Part shown: positions 61,612 to 64,000 of the stretch, one piece after another | How the letters are laid out: every line of letters starts with the position of its first letter | How positions within the stretch are numbered: the stretch's first letter is position 1 | DNA from: an uncultured Solirubrobacteraceae bacterium | GTDB lineage: Bacteria; Actinomycetota; Thermoleophilia; Solirubrobacterales; Solirubrobacteraceae | Direction: 5' to 3' | Assembly (NCBI GenBank): GCA_963818035.1 | Contig: CAWFQR010000003.1 | Coordinates: 64,282-128,281 of the forward strand | Length of the DNA stretch: 64,000 nucleotides | Made by a program: the position numbers and the translations under genes | The notes under the pieces: generated by a model | What the model saw: only the letters and a program-made list of their open reading frames with translations | Database searches by the model: none | What the model was told of the DNA's origin: nothing

Positions 61612-63453
61612 TCACTCCCCGCCCGGCGCCGATGCCTCGCCGAGCACCGCGCGCAGCCGCGCCTCGTGCCGCAGCGCCTCCCCGACCTCGACGCGGAGCC
61701 GCATCAGCTCGCGCTGGCGCCGCACCAGCAGCACCGCGAGCCCCGCGATCAACAGCAGCGCCAGGATCGCGACCGCCGTGCCGGCCTTCTCCATCGCTTC
61801 GGAATGCCCGCTCGGGCCCGCCGGCAAGGTGAACCCGCCCGACGCCGCGTGGGCGTCCACCGCGCGCCGCCCGGGGCCGATCACCGACGTCGTCTCGCGC
61901 GCGATCGCGACCATGTCGCGCGGCGAGAGCGAGTTCGTGAGCGTGTTTTCGACCCAGTACGACCCGCCTCCCTCGGCCCAGGCGACCGTCCGCAGGTGTT
62001 CCCCGTTGTAGTAGAGGTCGTAGGTGCGGGTCCCGAGACGAAGCTGCGAGGTCGGGTCCGCGAGCACCGGCGGGTTCTTCCAGCTGGTTCCGACCACGTC
62101 GTAGTATTCGCCGAGCCCGCCGCGGTCGATCACGACCACGTATGCCGGGTACAGGTGCCGCCCGTCCGGGGCACGGATGTCGTAGCGGCGAACGAGGTCG
62201 GGGGCGGCCGCCGCGTTCGTGAACTGGTAGCGCGGCGCCTCTACCGGGAACGCGAGGTCCGGCGCGATCGCCTGCGCCTGCTCCGTCGTGGTCGCCCCCG
62301 CCGGCGACATCCCCGGAGCGGTGGGGGCGGAGTGCGAGGACGCGTGCGAGGAACGCGACGAGTGCGAGCCCCCGACGCTCCCGTGCACGACCGCCGCGGT
62401 GCCGTCGAGGAAGTTGTGGACGGCTTCGTGGATCTCCCGTTCGGAGGCCGTGTCATAGGTCGGGAACAGGTTCACGTGGAACGGCACCTGGCGCACCGGC
62501 TTGCCGGCCGATTCGGCGAGCAGCTCGAGGAGCTGCAGGACCTGGCTGGAGTCGTGCAGCGCGCTGTCGGTTTCGACCGTGCGCCCGAAGATCCGCTCGA
62601 GCTTTTCCCGTTCCCCGAGCGCCGTCGGGCCGTACTGGCTCTTGACCGCCAGCAGGAACCGCTGGTCGCGGGCGTCGCGGGTCAGCGAGGTGTCTTCGTG
62701 GCGGTTGGCGACGAATTCGAGCGCCTGCGGGCCGCACAGCCGCTGATAGCCCGGCTGGAGGTTGATTTCGAAGTACTGTTCGCCGCCCGGTTCGTTGACG
62801 TGGTAGTAGCGGCGGTCGACGGTCATGTACACGCAGCCGAGTTCGTCGACGGCGTGCCGGAACTTCGGGAAGTTCGTCACGAACACGTGGTTGACGCTGA
62901 CCCCGAGCGTTTTCTTGATCGTTTCGAGCATCAGCTGCACGCCGCCGGCGGTGCCGTGCCCCTGCAGGTAGCCGTACGTGTATGCGGAGTTGATCCGGTT
63001 CGTGATCACCTGGCCGCGGGGCGTCGTGAACGTAACCTGCAGCTCGCGGGGGATCGAGAGCATCGAGATCGTGGGCTTGCTCGGGTCGACCCGCACCAGC
63101 AGCATCTCGTTCGAGTGCGGCTCGACGGCGCCGTTGGGGTTGCTCTTCGGTGGCGGCCGTTCGTCGTTGCCGACGAGCAGCAGCGTCTCGGCGCCGCCGG
63201 GGGTCGTCCCCAGCAGCAGCCCGGGCTTGACCGTGACCGGTTTGCTCTCGCGCAGCGCTTCGACGATCTTGTCGACCTCGTTCAGCGCGAGCACGGCGGT
63301 GACGGCGCCGGACAGGACCGCGATCGCGAGGCCCGCGATCAGCACGCGGCGTGCCAGCCACCAGGGGCGCCGCGGCGGCTCGCCGAGGTCGGCGGCGGCC
63401 GCGCCTGCGGCGGACAGAGGCGCTTTCGGATGTGCGGGGTCGAACGTGCTCAT
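61612..63453 (-). CDS. LCP (LytR-CpsA-Psr) family protein with two TM segments
   Basis: LLVGND, MLSIPRE, RINSAY, ALEFVANRH, RDARDQRFL. Confidence 0.9.
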   Translation of the reverse strand: MSTFDPAHPKAPLSAAGAAAADLGEPPRRPWWLARRVLIAGLAIAVLSGAVTAVLALNEVDKIVEALRESKPVTVKPGLLLGTTPGGAETLLLVGNDERPPPKSNPNGAVEPHSNEMLLVRVDPSKPTISMLSIPRELQVTFTTPRGQVITNRINSAYTYGYLQGHGTAGGVQLMLETIKKTLGVSVNHVFVTNFPKFRHAVDELGCVYMTVDRRYYHVNEPGGEQYFEINLQPGYQRLCGPQALEFVANRHEDTSLTRDARDQRFLLAVKSQYGPTALGEREKLERIFGRTVETDSALHDSSQVLQLLELLAESAGKPVRQVPFHVNLFPTYDTASEREIHEAVHNFLDGTAAVVHGSVGGSHSSRSSHASSHSAPTAPGMSPAGATTTEQAQAIAPDLAFPVEAPRYQFTNAAAAPDLVRRYDIRAPDGRHLYPAYVVVIDRGGLGEYYDVVGTSWKNPPVLADPTSQLRLGTRTYDLYYNGEHLRTVAWAEGGGSYWVENTLTNSLSPRDMVAIARETTSVIGPGRRAVDAHAASGGFTLPAGPSGHSEAMEKAGTAVAILALLLIAGLAVLLVRRQRELMRLRVEVGEALRHEARLRAVLGEASAPGGE

Positions 63454-63615
63454 GGCTTCTGCCTTCCCCCCGGCGCGGATCCTCAGCGCCGGATTCTGGC
63501 AGGAGTCTCCGCCCCCTCCGGGGGCGGCTCGCCTCTCGGCCCGGCGCTCAGGCGGCCGCGGCCGCCCGACAGCGTACGCCCTGCCGGCTGCGCCTGCGGC
63601 GCGCGCCGGCGCCGC

Positions 63616-64000
63616 TCAGCGCGCGGAGAGGTCCGCGACCTGTTTGGCGAGGGTCACCAGCAGCGGCCAGTGGACCTCGGGGTGCTCCTCGACGAACCCT
63701 TTGAAGTTCCATTTGCTGAGGGTTCCGGCGCGGACGGGCGTCAGCGCCCGAACCGTAGCCGTGCGGGGCACGTCGTCGAGCACGAGCGCGATCTCACCGA
63801 AGTGCTCGCCGGGGCCCAGGCGCCGGACCTCCTTGCCGCCGACGAGCACCGCGCACTCGCCCTCGAGGACGACGAAGAACGCGACCCCGGCCCCGCCCTC
63901 TTCGACGAGGTCCTCGCCCTCCTCGACCCTGCGCTCGCCCATCGACGAGGAGAGCCGCTTGAGCGAGCGGTCGCTCAGCGGCTCGAGGAAGCCGACCTTT
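63616..64000 (-). CDS. Cyclic nucleotide-binding domain protein (start beyond window end)
   Basis: FFVVLEG, LGPGEHFGEIAL...PRTATV; frame open to the window edge. Confidence 0.9.
   Translation of the reverse strand, partial: KVGFLEPLSDRSLKRLSSSMGERRVEEGEDLVEEGGAGVAFFVVLEGECAVLVGGKEVRRLGPGEHFGEIALVLDDVPRTATVRALTPVRAGTLSKWNFKGFVEEHPEVHWPLLVTLAKQVADLSAR

Noticed and set aside
1-64000. CRISPR array, rRNA, transposase or integrase genes
   Set aside because: No regularly spaced repeats and no matching motifs were seen.

Overview
High-GC actinobacterial DNA whose gene content and protein style resemble Thermoleophilia/Solirubrobacterales (inference). Positions 1-18.7 kb are a mostly minus-strand housekeeping block: dnaE (partial), argG-GNAT-argDBJC, pheTS, a TrmH methyltransferase, rplT-rpmI-infC and thrS. 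Single-base frameshifts in essential genes point to long-read indel errors. Positions 18.7-41.7 kb hold regulators (IclR HTH, two ECF sigma factors, LysR, csrA, STAS) and a run of exported proteins (Phi-1-like/IPT, FG-GAP, beta-helix, S53 peptidase, CocE/NonD, LysM-SLT). Positions ~41.7-57.9 kb are an accessory region ending at tRNA-Val(GAC), including a 2.5-kb integrase-less islet bounded by a 14-bp att repeat and carrying a toxin-antitoxin pair. The window ends with a secreted glycoside hydrolase, tRNA-Cys, DUF488, LCP and cNMP-binding genes. Two signals stand out. (1) Glu codons split by compartment: exported domains use GAA almost exclusively, cytoplasmic domains use GAG, the switch occurs inside single genes, and catalytic Glu residues of exported enzymes keep GAG. 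(2) An exported low-complexity ORF ends in LERPD-stop, and its stop codon overlaps an anti-SD for the next gene, suggesting a SecM/MifM-like arrest-peptide switch beside an orphan csrA and a candidate sRNA.
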